Positions 30,967-42,076 of a stretch of 64,000 bases of DNA are shown piece by piece (the stretch's first letter is position 1; each line of letters opens with the position of its first letter). The translations under genes and the position numbers were made by a program. The notes under the pieces were generated by a model. The model was not told the origin of the DNA, did no database searches, and was given only the letters and a program-made list of their open reading frames with translations. Source of the DNA: an uncultured Chloroflexia bacterium (GTDB lineage: Bacteria; Chloroflexota; Anaerolineae; Anaerolineales; Villigracilaceae); contig CAWDUZ010000004.1 of assembly GCA_963805515.1 (NCBI GenBank), positions 118,105 to 182,104 of the forward strand, in the 5' to 3' direction.

Positions 30967-31137
30967 ATGAAACTTTCAGCACCGCAAGTAGTTACCTGGT
31001 GGATTGCCGTGATTGTCGGTGTACTCGGCATCCTGGGCCACCTCACCAAGATACAATTTGTTAGTGCCAATGATTTTTGGTTTGTAGCAGTCGCCTTCGT
31101 TCTGCTTGCCGTTGCTACATATATGAAGGATCTCTAG
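30967..31137 (+). CDS. Small membrane protein (56 aa), hypothetical
   Basis: AAGGAGGAG SD; MKLSAPQVVTWWIAVIVGVLGILGHL...FWFVAVAFVLLAVATYM. Below the 60-aa ORF-track cutoff, found by direct reading. Confidence 0.4.
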   Translation: MKLSAPQVVTWWIAVIVGVLGILGHLTKIQFVSANDFWFVAVAFVLLAVATYMKDL

Positions 31138-31194
31138 GCGTAAGAATTGATACTGCCGTGTGAATTGGGCCCAAATTCACACTCCTGTGCCGCT

Positions 31195-31236
31195 CACCGC
31201 ACCCCCAACATTTCAGTTGGGGGTGCGGTGTTTCTG
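31195..31236 (+). terminator. Rho-independent terminator
   Basis: caccgcacccccaac-atttcag-ttgggggtgcggtg followed by TTTCTG. Preceded by a second inverted repeat, gtgtgaatt...aattcacac. Confidence 0.55.
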
Positions 31237-31459
31237 CCCTCTGCGATTATTGGTGATGGCAGTGAACTGCCTTCGCAGAAGTAATCACGTCACGCCTGCC
31301 AAATTGCAGTCGAACTGGAATTGAGCTTTGCAAAGGATGGGGCGGCCTACGTTTGCGACCGTTTGTTGTTTTCCAAGCTGCCGTTGCGAACTTCGTGTTG
31401 GAACCATCCTGCATCGAGCGGGGTATTATTCGCAAGGAACTCTCCGGAGAGATGATCTT

Positions 31460-32020
31460 TTGGATGAAGCCAGCCTGATCAGCCGTGCGGCGCAGGGCGA
31501 GGCAGCAGCCTGGGAGCCAGTGGTGCTCGCCCACCAGGAAGCGATCTTCCGCCTTGCCTATCTGATCCTGGGTGACCCTGACGAAGCAGAAGACGTTGCC
31601 CAGGAAACGTTCGTGCGCGCCTGGAAGAACCTGCGACGCTTCGACGCGAGGCGCCCGCTGCGGCCGTGGCTATTCCGCATTGCAGCCAACGCGGCCAACA
31701 ACCGGCGACGGTCGGCGGGGCGATACCTGGCGGCATTGGTCCGCACGGTGCAGGCGGAGGCCGAGACACCCAGCACTGAAGAGCAGGGCACACAACGGAT
31801 CGAGTCGCAGCAACTTTGGAAGGCCGTGCAGCAGTTGGCGCAAGCCGACCAGCAGATCATCTATCTACGCTATTTCCTGGACCTATCGGTGGCCGAAACG
31901 GCGGAGACACTGGAGATGGCGGAGGGCACGGTCAAGTCGCGATGCTCGCGGGCGCTGGAGCGGCTGCGGAGCATTGTGCGGCGTGATCTTCCAACACTTG
32001 GAGATGAGCAAGCCCGATGA
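31460..32020 (+). CDS. ECF (sigma-70 family) RNA polymerase sigma factor
   Basis: Region 2 (...DVAQETFVRAWKNLRRFD...RPWLFRIAAN) and region 4 (...LSVAETAETLEMAEGTVKSRCSRALERLR). TTG start at 31460 is likely; the track ORF begins at 31328. Confidence 0.7.
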   Translation: MDEASLISRAAQGEAAAWEPVVLAHQEAIFRLAYLILGDPDEAEDVAQETFVRAWKNLRRFDARRPLRPWLFRIAANAANNRRRSAGRYLAALVRTVQAEAETPSTEEQGTQRIESQQLWKAVQQLAQADQQIIYLRYFLDLSVAETAETLEMAEGTVKSRCSRALERLRSIVRRDLPTLGDEQAR

Positions 32021-32832
32021 ATCTTTTGGATGTTGAACGCCTTGAGTTTGAGCTAAAGGAGGCGGGGAGGGACCTGCCCTACCCGCCTACGCCACAACTC
32101 GCGGCGGGCGTGATGCGACGAGTGAAAGCAGGCGGCACCACCGGCCGCGAGGCGAGGCGGCGATGGGCGTGGGCGGCCGCGGCGGTGGTCGTGCTGCTCT
32201 CGGCATTGATGCTCGTGCCGCCGGCGCGCGCGGCGATCCTGGACTTCATCCAAATCGGCGTGGTGCGTATCCTACGGGGGCCGAATTTGCCGCCAGCGCC
32301 GGTGTATGCGCCGACGAGTATGCCAACTGCCGGGCTGCAATCGCCGGTGACGCCGATCACAGCGACGCCGGGTTCACCTGCCGCGCTCGATCTTGACGGA
32401 GAAACGACGCTCGCCGATGCGCAAACGAAGGTAGCGTTTCCCATTCTGCTGCCGAGCTATCCGCCGGATCTGGGCAAGCCGGACAGGGTGTATGTGCAGG
32501 ATATGGGCGGGCCGATGCTCCTGCTGGTCTGGCTCGACCCGGTACGACCTGACCGGGTGCGGATGAGCCTGCATGAGATAGCGCCGGGAAGCTGGGCGAT
32601 CACGAAGTTCAATCCGCGTGTCGTGCAGGAGGTGCAAGTAAACGGAGAGCGGGGCGCGTGGACGGAAGGCCCTTACATGCTGGAGACGCGAAATCACAAT
32701 TACGTCGAGAGACACCTTGTGGAGGGTCACGTGCTGATCTGGACTGAGAAGAACGTCACCTACCGGCTGGAGACGGACCTGCCGGTGGAGCAGGCGATCA
32801 AGATAGCCGAATCACTCAAGCCGGTGCAATAA
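32017..32832 (+). CDS. Anti-sigma factor (single TM helix; DUF4367-like C-terminal domain)
   Basis: ATGA overlap with the sigma-factor stop; cytoplasmic N-terminus, TM helix AAAAVVVLLSALMLV, extracytoplasmic domain. Confidence 0.55.
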   Translation: MNLLDVERLEFELKEAGRDLPYPPTPQLAAGVMRRVKAGGTTGREARRRWAWAAAAVVVLLSALMLVPPARAAILDFIQIGVVRILRGPNLPPAPVYAPTSMPTAGLQSPVTPITATPGSPAALDLDGETTLADAQTKVAFPILLPSYPPDLGKPDRVYVQDMGGPMLLLVWLDPVRPDRVRMSLHEIAPGSWAITKFNPRVVQEVQVNGERGAWTEGPYMLETRNHNYVERHLVEGHVLIWTEKNVTYRLETDLPVEQAIKIAESLKPVQ

Positions 32833-32869
32833 GGCGCTGAGGCCAGGCTCTCAGCGCAAGGAGAATCCA

Positions 32870-34291
32870 ATGCGAAGACTTAGAAGTGTAATGATGATCG
32901 GTTGCATGCTGGGCATGCTGTTGAGCGCGTGCGGCACGGCGATACAGGAGACGACGCCGGTCCCTACGCCATTGCAAGCGGCTGCGCCTTCCGTAACGGC
33001 GCTTCCGACAGATGAGCCATTGGGCGTGGCTGTGCCCGCCATCGCTTATATCAAGGGGCGAAACGAGCTGATGGTGGTTTCGTCCGTAACAGGCGCGGCT
33101 TATAGCGCGTTCCCTCCCATCCTACTGGGATATTACTACAGCCATGCTTTCGCGCCCGATGGGCATACGCTGGCAGTAATCTCCGATACAAAACTACTGC
33201 TCGTCGACCTGCAGAGCTGGAAAGTGCGCACGTCGGATGTGGGAATACGCGGATGGATGAGCGCAATGGTTTACAGCCCGGACGGAAGCCTGCTGGCACT
33301 CGCATACAATGGGCCGGAAGGCGAACTCCGCATCGTGGATGCGAAGAGCGGCAAGGTAACGGCGAGCGCAAAGGCAGGCTTCGCGGTGAAGAAAGTGAAA
33401 TTCACATCGGATGAAAAAGGGATCATGGTGTACGGCCCTCACCTGGCAAGCACCGGTGAGGCCGCCAATGCCGGCGTCAGCGTCGGCGCGCCGAAGGCCG
33501 CGTTATTCGCCACGCAGAACTTGAGCCTGCTTTGGTCCGTGGAATTGAGCAGCGTGCGCGATGGGACTTTCCCCAAGAAGCCGGAAACCACAATTACACA
33601 GGACATCTATCAGCCGGGCGCGGCGTCGCACTTCGAGCCGGGTGTGGCCTTTGCGCCGACCCAGGATGTTCTTTACATCGTACATGGCGATTCCGACCTG
33701 CTGACGCGCATCGACTTCGCCGACAAGAAGATACATACGCTCAGCATCCACGCGGCATTAAGCTGGATCGACCAGTTGCTGGCGCTGACGGCGGGGGTGG
33801 CTACTGCAAAAGGCATGGACGGCACGACCAAACAAGCGACGATCTCGCCGGACGGGAAATACCTGTACGTAGTGGGATCGACCGAGACGGTGGCTCTAGA
33901 TGCGAATGGGACCAACTGGAATATGGAAATGAGTTACATTGGCCTGCAGGTGATCGACGCGCAGGATGGGACACTCGTGGACCAAAAGGGCAGCGAGGCG
34001 TATTCGCTCGCCTTAGCACCGGACGGGAGGCAGGTTTTGTTGTCGGGTTGGGGTAGCAATGCGCCGGCGGCATGGACGGAGGTTTACGATCCGGCATCGA
34101 AGAGCATCATCAAACACATAAATAGCGCGGATCTGGTACCCACGCGCCGACTGGATGGGAAGGCACTGGCGGCCTCCAGCAGCTTCATCAGCGACAACCT
34201 GTGCGAGATAAGCACGGTGGATCCCAATACATGGGCCACTGTCGGAAAGTGGAAGCAGCCTAATTGCATCGATTGGCTGGTGGATCCGTGA
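32870..34291 (+). CDS. Lipoprotein with beta-propeller (PD40/YVTN-like) repeats
   Basis: Lipobox LLSAC; repeated ...SPDG..L... blades (FAPDGHTLAV, YSPDGSLLALA, ISPDGKYLYVVG, LAPDGRQVLLSG). Confidence 0.5.
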   Translation: MRRLRSVMMIGCMLGMLLSACGTAIQETTPVPTPLQAAAPSVTALPTDEPLGVAVPAIAYIKGRNELMVVSSVTGAAYSAFPPILLGYYYSHAFAPDGHTLAVISDTKLLLVDLQSWKVRTSDVGIRGWMSAMVYSPDGSLLALAYNGPEGELRIVDAKSGKVTASAKAGFAVKKVKFTSDEKGIMVYGPHLASTGEAANAGVSVGAPKAALFATQNLSLLWSVELSSVRDGTFPKKPETTITQDIYQPGAASHFEPGVAFAPTQDVLYIVHGDSDLLTRIDFADKKIHTLSIHAALSWIDQLLALTAGVATAKGMDGTTKQATISPDGKYLYVVGSTETVALDANGTNWNMEMSYIGLQVIDAQDGTLVDQKGSEAYSLALAPDGRQVLLSGWGSNAPAAWTEVYDPASKSIIKHINSADLVPTRRLDGKALAASSSFISDNLCEISTVDPNTWATVGKWKQPNCIDWLVDP

Positions 34292-34353
34292 GGGCGGACG
34301 TGCTCACATTCGAGAACACTTTGCTGCTGCTAAGATGAGCTGATCCTATAAAT

Positions 34354-34381
34354 GAAGGGCGACCCTTTCGGGTCGCCCTTC
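34354..34381 (-). terminator. Hairpin terminator (gaagggcgaccc-tttc-gggtcgcccttc) 13 nt downstream of the flotillin stop; possibly bidirectional
   Basis: 12-bp perfect stem; A/T-rich flank on the minus strand. Confidence 0.5.
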
Positions 34382-34393
34382 GGTTCAGTCCTA

Positions 34394-36349
34394 CTAATCA
34401 TCCCCTGTGAGCTTCTTACGAATCTCCTGGCGGAGCTTCTCGGCCTCGGGTGAGCGCGGGCCCTGGGCCTTCTCGGACAGCGCGCCGAAGCGATCGGAGA
34501 GCAGCATGGCGAGCAAGCCCTCCATGATGTTGCCGCTGCCGGAGTCCTTATCGCCGCCGACGACCACACGAGGCACGACGTCCACGCCGGACTGCTGGAT
34601 GGCGTCGGCAAAGCGGTTGAGCACCTGCTGAGTCACCTGGAACTGCGGCCCACCGTAGGCGCGGACCTGCTCTTCTGTGGCAAGCGCCTGCGCGATACCG
34701 ATGCGAGCCACGCGTTCGGACTCTGCCTCCGCAAGAGCGCGGATCTGCGATGCCTGCTGGATGGAGCGCTGGTACTCAGCCTTACCCTGGTTCGCCTGCA
34801 CGTTGATGTTCAGCTCAGACTGGGTAATGCCGGTCTGCATCTGGGCGCGGGCCTCGGCCTCGCGGAGTTGGCGTTCCTGCACGGCTGCTTCCTGCTGCCG
34901 GAGGTAGGTCTCCACCTGCTCGGTCGCGATCTGACGCGAGCGCAACTGGGTGAGGATCGATTCGATCTGGATATCGTTCTCCGGAGAGGTGGGAGTGCCG
35001 ATGAGCACTTCTTCCAACTCGAGGTTGTAGTGAGCGAACTTCTCCTTCATCTCCTGACTGGACTGCTGCTGGATGGCGCTGCGCTCCTGCAGCAGCTGGA
35101 TCAGCGTGCGGGTCTGTGCGACGTTCTTGAAATAGGCCGCGACCATCGGGTCCAGGGTCTGCTCGACCAGGCGCTTGATGTCGCCGAAGCGCTGGATGAC
35201 GAGCGGCGCCTTCTGATAGTCGATGTGGACGACCACCGAGAGCGGCAGCGAGGGCTCGAATGCGTCGCGGGTGATCAACGAGACTTCGGTGAGGTTCTCA
35301 TCGAAGTGATGCGCGCCGGTCTCATTGCGGATCCACTTGAGGATGAAGTTGGTGGTTGGGACAGCGACCACCTTGCCGGCGAAGGTGTTGAAGGCATACT
35401 TGCCGGGGAGCAAAGGCTCCTCCCATACGCCGCGCTTGCCGCGCTCGACCAACTCGCCATGACGATATTCCGTGCCGGACAGGTCAATGCCGGTCTCGCC
35501 GGTATAGGAGACGACCACGCCTACGTTGCCGACTTCGATGATGGTCTTCTGTATCATCTCGATGGTGGCAAAGAGACGGTTGATGTAGTAGGTACCTTCC
35601 ACGAGCACCTGCAACTGCCGACCGCGCGAGCCGCCGGCTTTAATGAAGCGGTCGGGGTCCTGGAAGTTGTTGTGATAGGTATCGGGCTGTTTGGGGTCAT
35701 CGCCGACGACGGAGGCAATGATCTCGCCCTGATGGAGGGAGATCCCATCATGCACGGTCACGACGCCGATCTTGTCGTCGGTGTCCTTGATGATGACCGG
35801 CTGGAAGCCGCCGCGCTCGCCGATGACCTTCGCCATGCGCTGCACGACTTCGATCTCTTCGCGGCTGAGAGGCACGGAATAGACGCGCTCCTCCGTGATG
35901 ACGATGAACTGCACGAGGTTGAAGGCATAGGTGCCTTCGCGCAGGATGCGCCGCTGAGGACCGCGCTGCCCGCCGTTCTTAAGGAACGCTTCCACATCCT
36001 GGAAATCCTGGACGACCGCATTGGACGCCAGCACCTGCGTCGGGTCCAACTGGATGCCGTCACGGGCGAACACGTAACCGATCTTGCCTTGCGGAATGGT
36101 GACGAGGGGTGCGGTGTGCACGACGTATTGCACGGGCATCAGATAATGCAGGCCACCGCGCAGGACGCGCGGCTGGAAGCCGGCTTCGCCATGCAATGCG
36201 ATCAGACCGCCCTTGACCGATCCCTGGCCGCTGAAGCGTTTTTCCACGATACCGATGCGGGTATTGGGAATGGCCCGAACGCCGGAGAGGAAAAACAGCA
36301 GCAACACCAACACCGCGACGAGCCCCACCAGTAACAAAATGCCGTTCAT
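34394..36349 (-). CDS. Flotillin-family SPFH/band-7 protein (YqiK-like)
   Basis: N-terminal TM; SPFH domain; long coiled-coil C-terminus (EAEARAQMQTG...RALAEAESERVARIGIAQALATEEQ). Confidence 0.8.
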   Translation of the reverse strand: MNGILLLVGLVAVLVLLLFFLSGVRAIPNTRIGIVEKRFSGQGSVKGGLIALHGEAGFQPRVLRGGLHYLMPVQYVVHTAPLVTIPQGKIGYVFARDGIQLDPTQVLASNAVVQDFQDVEAFLKNGGQRGPQRRILREGTYAFNLVQFIVITEERVYSVPLSREEIEVVQRMAKVIGERGGFQPVIIKDTDDKIGVVTVHDGISLHQGEIIASVVGDDPKQPDTYHNNFQDPDRFIKAGGSRGRQLQVLVEGTYYINRLFATIEMIQKTIIEVGNVGVVVSYTGETGIDLSGTEYRHGELVERGKRGVWEEPLLPGKYAFNTFAGKVVAVPTTNFILKWIRNETGAHHFDENLTEVSLITRDAFEPSLPLSVVVHIDYQKAPLVIQRFGDIKRLVEQTLDPMVAAYFKNVAQTRTLIQLLQERSAIQQQSSQEMKEKFAHYNLELEEVLIGTPTSPENDIQIESILTQLRSRQIATEQVETYLRQQEAAVQERQLREAEARAQMQTGITQSELNINVQANQGKAEYQRSIQQASQIRALAEAESERVARIGIAQALATEEQVRAYGGPQFQVTQQVLNRFADAIQQSGVDVVPRVVVGGDKDSGSGNIMEGLLAMLLSDRFGALSEKAQGPRSPEAEKLRQEIRKKLTGDD

Positions 36350-36723
36350 AGTGCCTCCTTACGGATTGATCCGTATCTTATAGACATACGTAGGAGGCGC
36401 GGCGGGGTTGTGGGAGGGAGTTTAAACACCAAGGGGAGAATACTTGTATAGAGTAGTGAAAGGCAACCACAGATAAACACGGATGAATTGGATGAAAAGA
36501 TGGAGAATGGGATGGAAAGATGGAAAGAAAACACTAATTGTTCATGCAGAGAGATTTAGGCGACCGTATTGAGGAGCGTAGTACGGGGAGGGGAATGCAA
36601 GCATAATTACACACGGATATTCTGCAAACCCCGATGAATAAGGATGAACAGGGGAATTCAGAAGGGGTCCTAGGATCTTGGGGCAGGCGGAGTCCAGTTG
36701 GTTGCTGGCTTGACAGGGGCGGG

Positions 36724-38704
36724 TTATTTGCCCATTTGCCAACGCTGCAAGCCGGCAATGCAGCCGTATTGGAATAGGATGTCCTGCTCTACGGGGGAGC
36801 CGTTTTCCGTCAGTTTGCCTTTAAGGTATTCGGACTTCGCCGAGTAGCCGACCTGAATGCCTCCGGGCGAGGTACCGGTCAGCGTTAGAAGATAGAGGTT
36901 GCTGGAGGAGGCCCACTCGGGCGGGAAGTTCAGCTTGAGCCAGCCGGCTTCGGGGAGGTCGGCGTTCTTGAAGACCTTTTGGGTAAGGTCCTTCTCCTGT
37001 TGCGGAGCGCGCAGGGTGACCTGCGTAGTGCCGGCGGGGTCCGAGCCGGGAGAGTTCACCCAGACGAGCATCTGCTGCATCCCGTCACAGGCCGGGACAA
37101 TCTCCTGGGTGAGGGTTAGGGCGGGCGAGATGGGCGGGGAAGAGAACGCTTCAGGAGCCCAGTTCTTATATTCGGGCTGATAGCAGAGGCCAAGACGGTA
37201 GTACTCCGAGCCGCAGGGCACATGATAGGAGAGCACCATCCCGCCCACGTAGAGGACGATGGCGAAGAGGGCAAGTGAGACGGGGAGAGCCGTGGGAATG
37301 CGGAGGTTGGCGAGCCGGGGATCGGGGCCGCATCGCCCCCACGGACGATGCCCGCCAACGCCAATAGAAGCAGAGGCATGACCGGGGTGAAGTAGCGTCC
37401 CTGCACGCCGGCGACGAACTGGCTCTTTACCGGGGTAAAGGCTACATACAGGGAGACGATGGTGAGCAGATATCCGATGACGAAGAGGGAGATCAGGACT
37501 GCGCGGGTCCAGGGCTGCTGCTCGATGTGACGGGGCTGACTATCGATGAAGTCGGCGCGCATCTGCTGCTCAGGATGTGAAGGGCCTTCGGCTGGTGTCG
37601 AAGGAGCGCTGACAGCGGAGGAGGAAGCGCCGAACGATAGGGCCAGCGCAGCGAGGACCGCAAGCGGGTAGAGGAGATAGGTGAGGGCGGGGACAGGGAA
37701 ATAGTTGTAGCCGTAGACGCCGACCCAGCCCTGCATGTAGGCAAGGGTGTTCGTCCAGATATCGTTCGCAATGATGCGGATGAATTGCAGAGGGGCGGAG
37801 AGGATGTAGCGAATCTGCTCGGCGGGATTGGCCCCCTCGAGCGCTCGCGTGAAATGGGAGTAGGCCAGCACATTCCAGCCGCCGACTTCGAAAACGAAGA
37901 GCACCAAGCCGACCGCGGCCAACAGGAACCAGCCGTATTTCATCCGGAAGCGCGAGGGGCGGATGAGCAGGAAGGGCAACAGCACCAGAAAGACCAGGTT
38001 CACTTTGGCCATGAAGAGCAGGGCGATCAGGGCGAGGAAGAGTCCACCATGATCTCCAGGAAATATCCTGCCGGGAAGCGAAGGCGAGCGAGGCGCCCAG
38101 GAAGAGAAAGCCGATGCCATTGGAGATGGTGTCGGTGTTGATGGTGGCGGCCTGGAAGAGGGCCATGGGAGAGAGCATCAGGATGGCGAGCAGCCATTTG
38201 CCAAAGGGGATGCTGCGCAGTGCGAGCCAGCACAATATTAAATAGGAAAGCAAGGCCGGCGAAGCGGCAGGCGTAGTAGACGGCGAGGGCGGGTAACTGG
38301 AGCGAGAGGCCGAGGTATCTTAATGTAAGGGCCTGCGGCAGGAGAAGCAGGGGCGAGTAGACCGAGCGCGTCTCGACGCTGGCATAGACGTAGTCGTGGG
38401 CGTCCAGACGCAGGCTGCCATATTTGCTCCACAACCCTGGAGCGACGGCTTCGACGATGGGCTGGCGACGGTAGGAGAGCTCCCAGTAGAGGGCGGGGAA
38501 GGGCAGCCGGGTACCCAACTGCTCATTCGGGACGAAGTAGAGATGGGCCATCTGCCAGGCGCGGACGATGTGCGTCTCTTCGTCGTAGCCGGCGCTGAGA
38601 GGGATGGTGAGGCAGGCAATGCTGCCGAATATCAGCAGGACCAGGAGGAGGAATTTCTCCGGGGCGGAGATGGAATCAGCGAAGGTAGTGAAACGATTTT
38701 TCAC
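36724..38704 (-). CDS. DUF2142-like polytopic membrane protein (putative glycosyl/arabinosyl-transferase family), about 660 aa over 3 ORF pieces
   Basis: N-terminus MKNRFTTF...LLLVLLIFGSIACLTIPLSAGYDEETHIVRAW (DUF2142 signature). Multiple TM segments continue in ORFs 37116-38120 and 36724-37248. Confidence 0.5.
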
Positions 38705-38840
38705 GCAATTGCTCGCAGGCAGGCTTCAAGATGGAGGAGGATAAGCGTGCCAAGTTCAGGTTTCATGCGACGGGTTCTTGTAAGGAGGGCTGCATTTCAG
38801 CTTTGGAGAAGGCAGAGGCAAAGCATTCATTCAGCCTTTT

Positions 38841-39050
38841 CCATTCCCTTCCAGGGAATGGAAAAGGAAAACCCGAAAAACATACATGGGCGGGGAAGAA
38901 CACCCCGCCCATGTATGTTTTTCGGAAGGGCTTGCGCAACAAGAATTGGGCGGCGATCATCGATGTTTTTCAAGAGGGCCTGCGGAACGAGAAGCCGAAG
39001 GGTTTCCTGTATGTTCTTTTCGGAGAGCTTGCGCCACCAGTATTGCACAT
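38841..39050. repeat. Intergenic palindromes (ccattccct/agggaatgg; ccgaaaaacatacatgggcgggg/ccccgcccatgtatgtttttcgg) followed by a 3x tandem repeat of about 48 bp (TGTTTTTCRGARGGCYTGCGSAAC)
   Basis: Immediately 3' of the channel gene stop (39050-39052). Related to the repeat at 62441-62620. Confidence 0.6.
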
Positions 39051-40986
39051 CAGTTCTCGGCGAGAACGATGATCTTATCGTCAGGAGGAGAAGGTGACGG
39101 AGCTCGGATTTCTTCGGGTTGGTATGCACGCCGTAGGAACGGGCGGCGTCCTTGGACTGGCTGACGACCCGATAGCCGATGGCGGTCTCGTTGCGGCAGC
39201 GGGCGGCTTCCAACACGGTATAGAAATTGACGGGCCTGCCGGGCTCGACATAGTCCGAGACGGGCTTGAGATATATCTCCGAGCCCTCGGGGTCGAAGAT
39301 ATCGGTGAAGACCGCGAACAGGTCGGCATTCTCCGAGAGCTGTGACATCATGAGGCTGACCAAATGCTCGCTGACGATGAAGTCGTCCACGCCGGCGACT
39401 TCGGCCAGCTCGCGGTTGCGGAGATCGAGCATTTCGCTGACGATGGAGAAGGGCGTCTCATCGCGCCGGCGAGATGTCGCGCAGATGCAGCAGCGTGACC
39501 AACGTCCTGGCATCAGCCTCCTGCGGCTCAAGGCCACTATAAGCCAGGACGATCACATGGTCGTAGTCCGTGAGCTTGAGCTTTTCCAGCATGGCGCGAT
39601 GGGTGATCTCGCCTTCGAGAACGGTGATCTTCTGGTTTGGCAGCCGGCCGCAATCCTCGCGGATCTGCTTCTCGACGTTGGAGACATCGCACAGTACGAG
39701 GACTTCGGAACCCTTCGCAACGTAGTTTTCCAGCTCGCAGATGATGGTAGTGCCGGAGCGGTTCCAGCCGAGGATGAGGCATTTCTCGGGCACCGGTTTG
39801 CGAGGGTTTTGACCGGAACGAATGGCTGCCTGCTCGATCGGAATGGCATCGAGGCCGGAGGGATGCAGAGTGTCATCGTCGGCGGAGATGGCGAAGAGGC
39901 GGTCACCGAGGCGCAGGTCGGTGTCCATGGGCGGATTCATCAGCATCGTGCCATCGGGGCGCTGGAGGCCCATGACGCACGAGTCCTCATAGGCGAACAA
40001 CGACTCGGCGTAGGTCTTCCCCACGAGGGATGAGGGCAGGTCGGTAAAGTAGATCTCATCGCCGTCGAAATTCATCAGCTCGGTGTAGACCACGGACAGG
40101 CCGGACTGACGCGAGGTCTGCGCGACCACGCGGGCGATCAAGTCATTAGTGAGGACGGGCTGGACATGGTCTTTCTGGCTGACCATGCGCAGGACTTCCA
40201 GGTTCTTTGGATCGCGGACCTGGGTGACGACGTGATAGGGCTCCGCGCGCCGCCTGGGGTTATTGGTGAGGGCGAGCACGGATTTGATGATGTGCGAGTC
40301 GGGGTCATTCCCTTCCGAGGCGCTGCCAGGCAGAACGATGATGGAACGAGCGGTATGAGGGCTGACGATCTCGATATCGGTCGGGTCGATGGGGCTGCCG
40401 GAGCGGCAGATGAGGCGGGTGTTCTTCGTGTCGCCGACACGGTCGCGGATCTCGTCTTCCATCTCGAGCTTATCGCGGTCGGCGAGGATGGCGATCACGG
40501 CGCCGATCCTGCGGTTCTCGTTCGCCAGCACCAGCTCGGAGATGATGGTGAAAACCTGCGGCGACCAGCCGAGGATGACGGTGTGATCATTCTCCAGAAC
40601 GCGCGAGCGTCCCTTGCGCAGGCGGCTCATCTGAGACTCGATGCCGTTGCTCAAGACACCGATGAGCGTGCTGACGACGAAGATGCCACCCAGCGTGACA
40701 ACGAACATGATGCCGCGAAAGAGCCAGCCGGTATCGCCGCCCATGGTACCCGAGTCAAGCGTGCGCATGAGGCTCTCCCAGGCGGCTTCGCCGAAGGACA
40801 TGGGCTGGCCGTGCTATCTGCCGGCGCAGTCAGAAGGCCGCCGAGGCTGACGATGGCGGCCGCTGCCATGATGATGGTGAGAGAGACCAGGAACAGGCCG
40901 CCGATCAACGCGAGCGTCCCCTTGGACATCAGGGTGTCGAAGCGATAATTGAGGCGCTCGCGGAACGTTGGTTTTGAAGATGGCAT
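39050..40986 (-). CDS. CASTOR/POLLUX-related ion channel (N-terminal TM region + two RCK/TrkA-like domains), about 645 aa, frameshifted
   Basis: HTVILGWSPQVFTIISEL and KCLILGWNRSGTTIICEL (RCK Rossmann motifs). C-terminus ...PKKSEIRAPSPSPPDDKIIVLAEN* reached after a frame change near 39095. N-terminal TM in ORF 40651-40986. Confidence 0.6.
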
Positions 40987-41349
40987 TTACCCTCCGATGT
41001 GGCTCAGGTTAGGGGCAAGTCTACTTCAAAAATGGGCAGTGGAGGATAGGCGGAGAGTAAACCGCAAGGATCAGATACGGAGGAATGTGCAGGACCGTTT
41101 GAGCTTCCGGATGCACGGAGACTGAACACCCGGCATTGCGCTCGGACCGGCTCTCATCACGCCGTAATATTTGCGGGGTAACGAGGGCGGGCCATGGATA
41201 GTCCATCTCATGCAATCGCTTATAATTTCGGGCTATTAGGCAGCCAAGGACAGAAGCCTTAAGGGCGAGTTTTCAAATAGTTCCGTCTTCCTTTCGTGTT
41301 GAGAATTATTGTAAGTCATCAAGCGAGATCGTCTGAGGAGAACCAAATC

Positions 41350-41994
41350 ATGTTCAATTTTTTGGAAGGGCCTGACCGGCGCAAGGAAGAGATACGCGTG
41401 CGCAATGAGGGCCGCCTGCCACCAGGACAGTCTTTGACACTGAAATTTCCGGTGCTGCATTACGGCCCCGTGCCGCGCTTCAACGCGGCCACCTGGAACT
41501 TCCGCGTGTGGGGCGAGGTAGAGGAAGAGAAGCAATGGACCTGGGACGAGTTCAATAAGCTGCCGCGCACGAAGATCCGGATGGATATCCACTGCGTTAC
41601 GCGCTGGAGCAAGTTCGACACCGAATGGGAGGGTGTGTCGATCAAGACGCTGGTGGGCGAGGGCATCCTCAATATCAAGCCGACCGCAACGCACGTGATG
41701 CAACATGCGGAGTACGGCTTCACGGTGAACGTGCCGCTGGAAGTGGTATTGCAGGATAACTTTCTCATGGCGACGCATCTGAACGGCGAGCCGATCACGC
41801 CGGACCACGGTTACCCGCTGCGCGGCGTGGTGGGAAACATCCCCGCTCAGAAGGACCTCATCACGCCGTATCTATGGAAGGGGGCGAAGTGGCTGCGCTC
41901 CATCGAGTTCATGCCGCGGGACAAGCGCGGGTTCTGGGAGCAGGCAGGGTATCACAACCGGGCCGACGTCTGGAAGGAAGAGCGGTTCGGGTAG
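41350..41994 (+). CDS. Molybdopterin-dependent oxidoreductase, sulfite-oxidase family (YedY/MsrP-like Moco domain, no signal peptide)
   Basis: ...HYGPVPRFNAATWNFRVWGEV...IHCVTRWSKFDTEWEGV...NGEPITPDHGYPLRGVV...KWLRSIEF; GAGGAG SD before the ATG at 41350. Confidence 0.7.
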   Translation: MFNFLEGPDRRKEEIRVRNEGRLPPGQSLTLKFPVLHYGPVPRFNAATWNFRVWGEVEEEKQWTWDEFNKLPRTKIRMDIHCVTRWSKFDTEWEGVSIKTLVGEGILNIKPTATHVMQHAEYGFTVNVPLEVVLQDNFLMATHLNGEPITPDHGYPLRGVVGNIPAQKDLITPYLWKGAKWLRSIEFMPRDKRGFWEQAGYHNRADVWKEERFG

Positions 41995-42041
41995 GTTGTG
42001 CAGGATTCCACGAAGACCACTTAATAGGAGAGAAAAATGAA

Positions 42042-42076
42042 CCTCCGAGGCCCCTCCGGGCCTCGGAGGTTTTCGG
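42042..42076 (+). terminator. Rho-independent terminator
   Basis: cctccgaggccc-ctcc-gggcctcggagg + TTTTCGG. Confidence 0.65.

Noticed and set aside
38731-39164. ORFs 38731-39072(+), 38763-38960(-) and 38886-39164(+) across the tandem-repeat region
   Set aside because: They run through palindromic and tandem repeat DNA downstream of the channel gene stop. The real channel C-terminus (...DDKIIVLAEN*) ends at 39050.
41000-41349. Moco riboswitch upstream of the sulfite-oxidase-family Mo enzyme gene
   Set aside because: A 340-bp leader exists, but I could not identify the conserved Moco-motif helices or consensus by eye. It needs a covariance-model scan (Rfam Moco_RNA_motif) before any claim.
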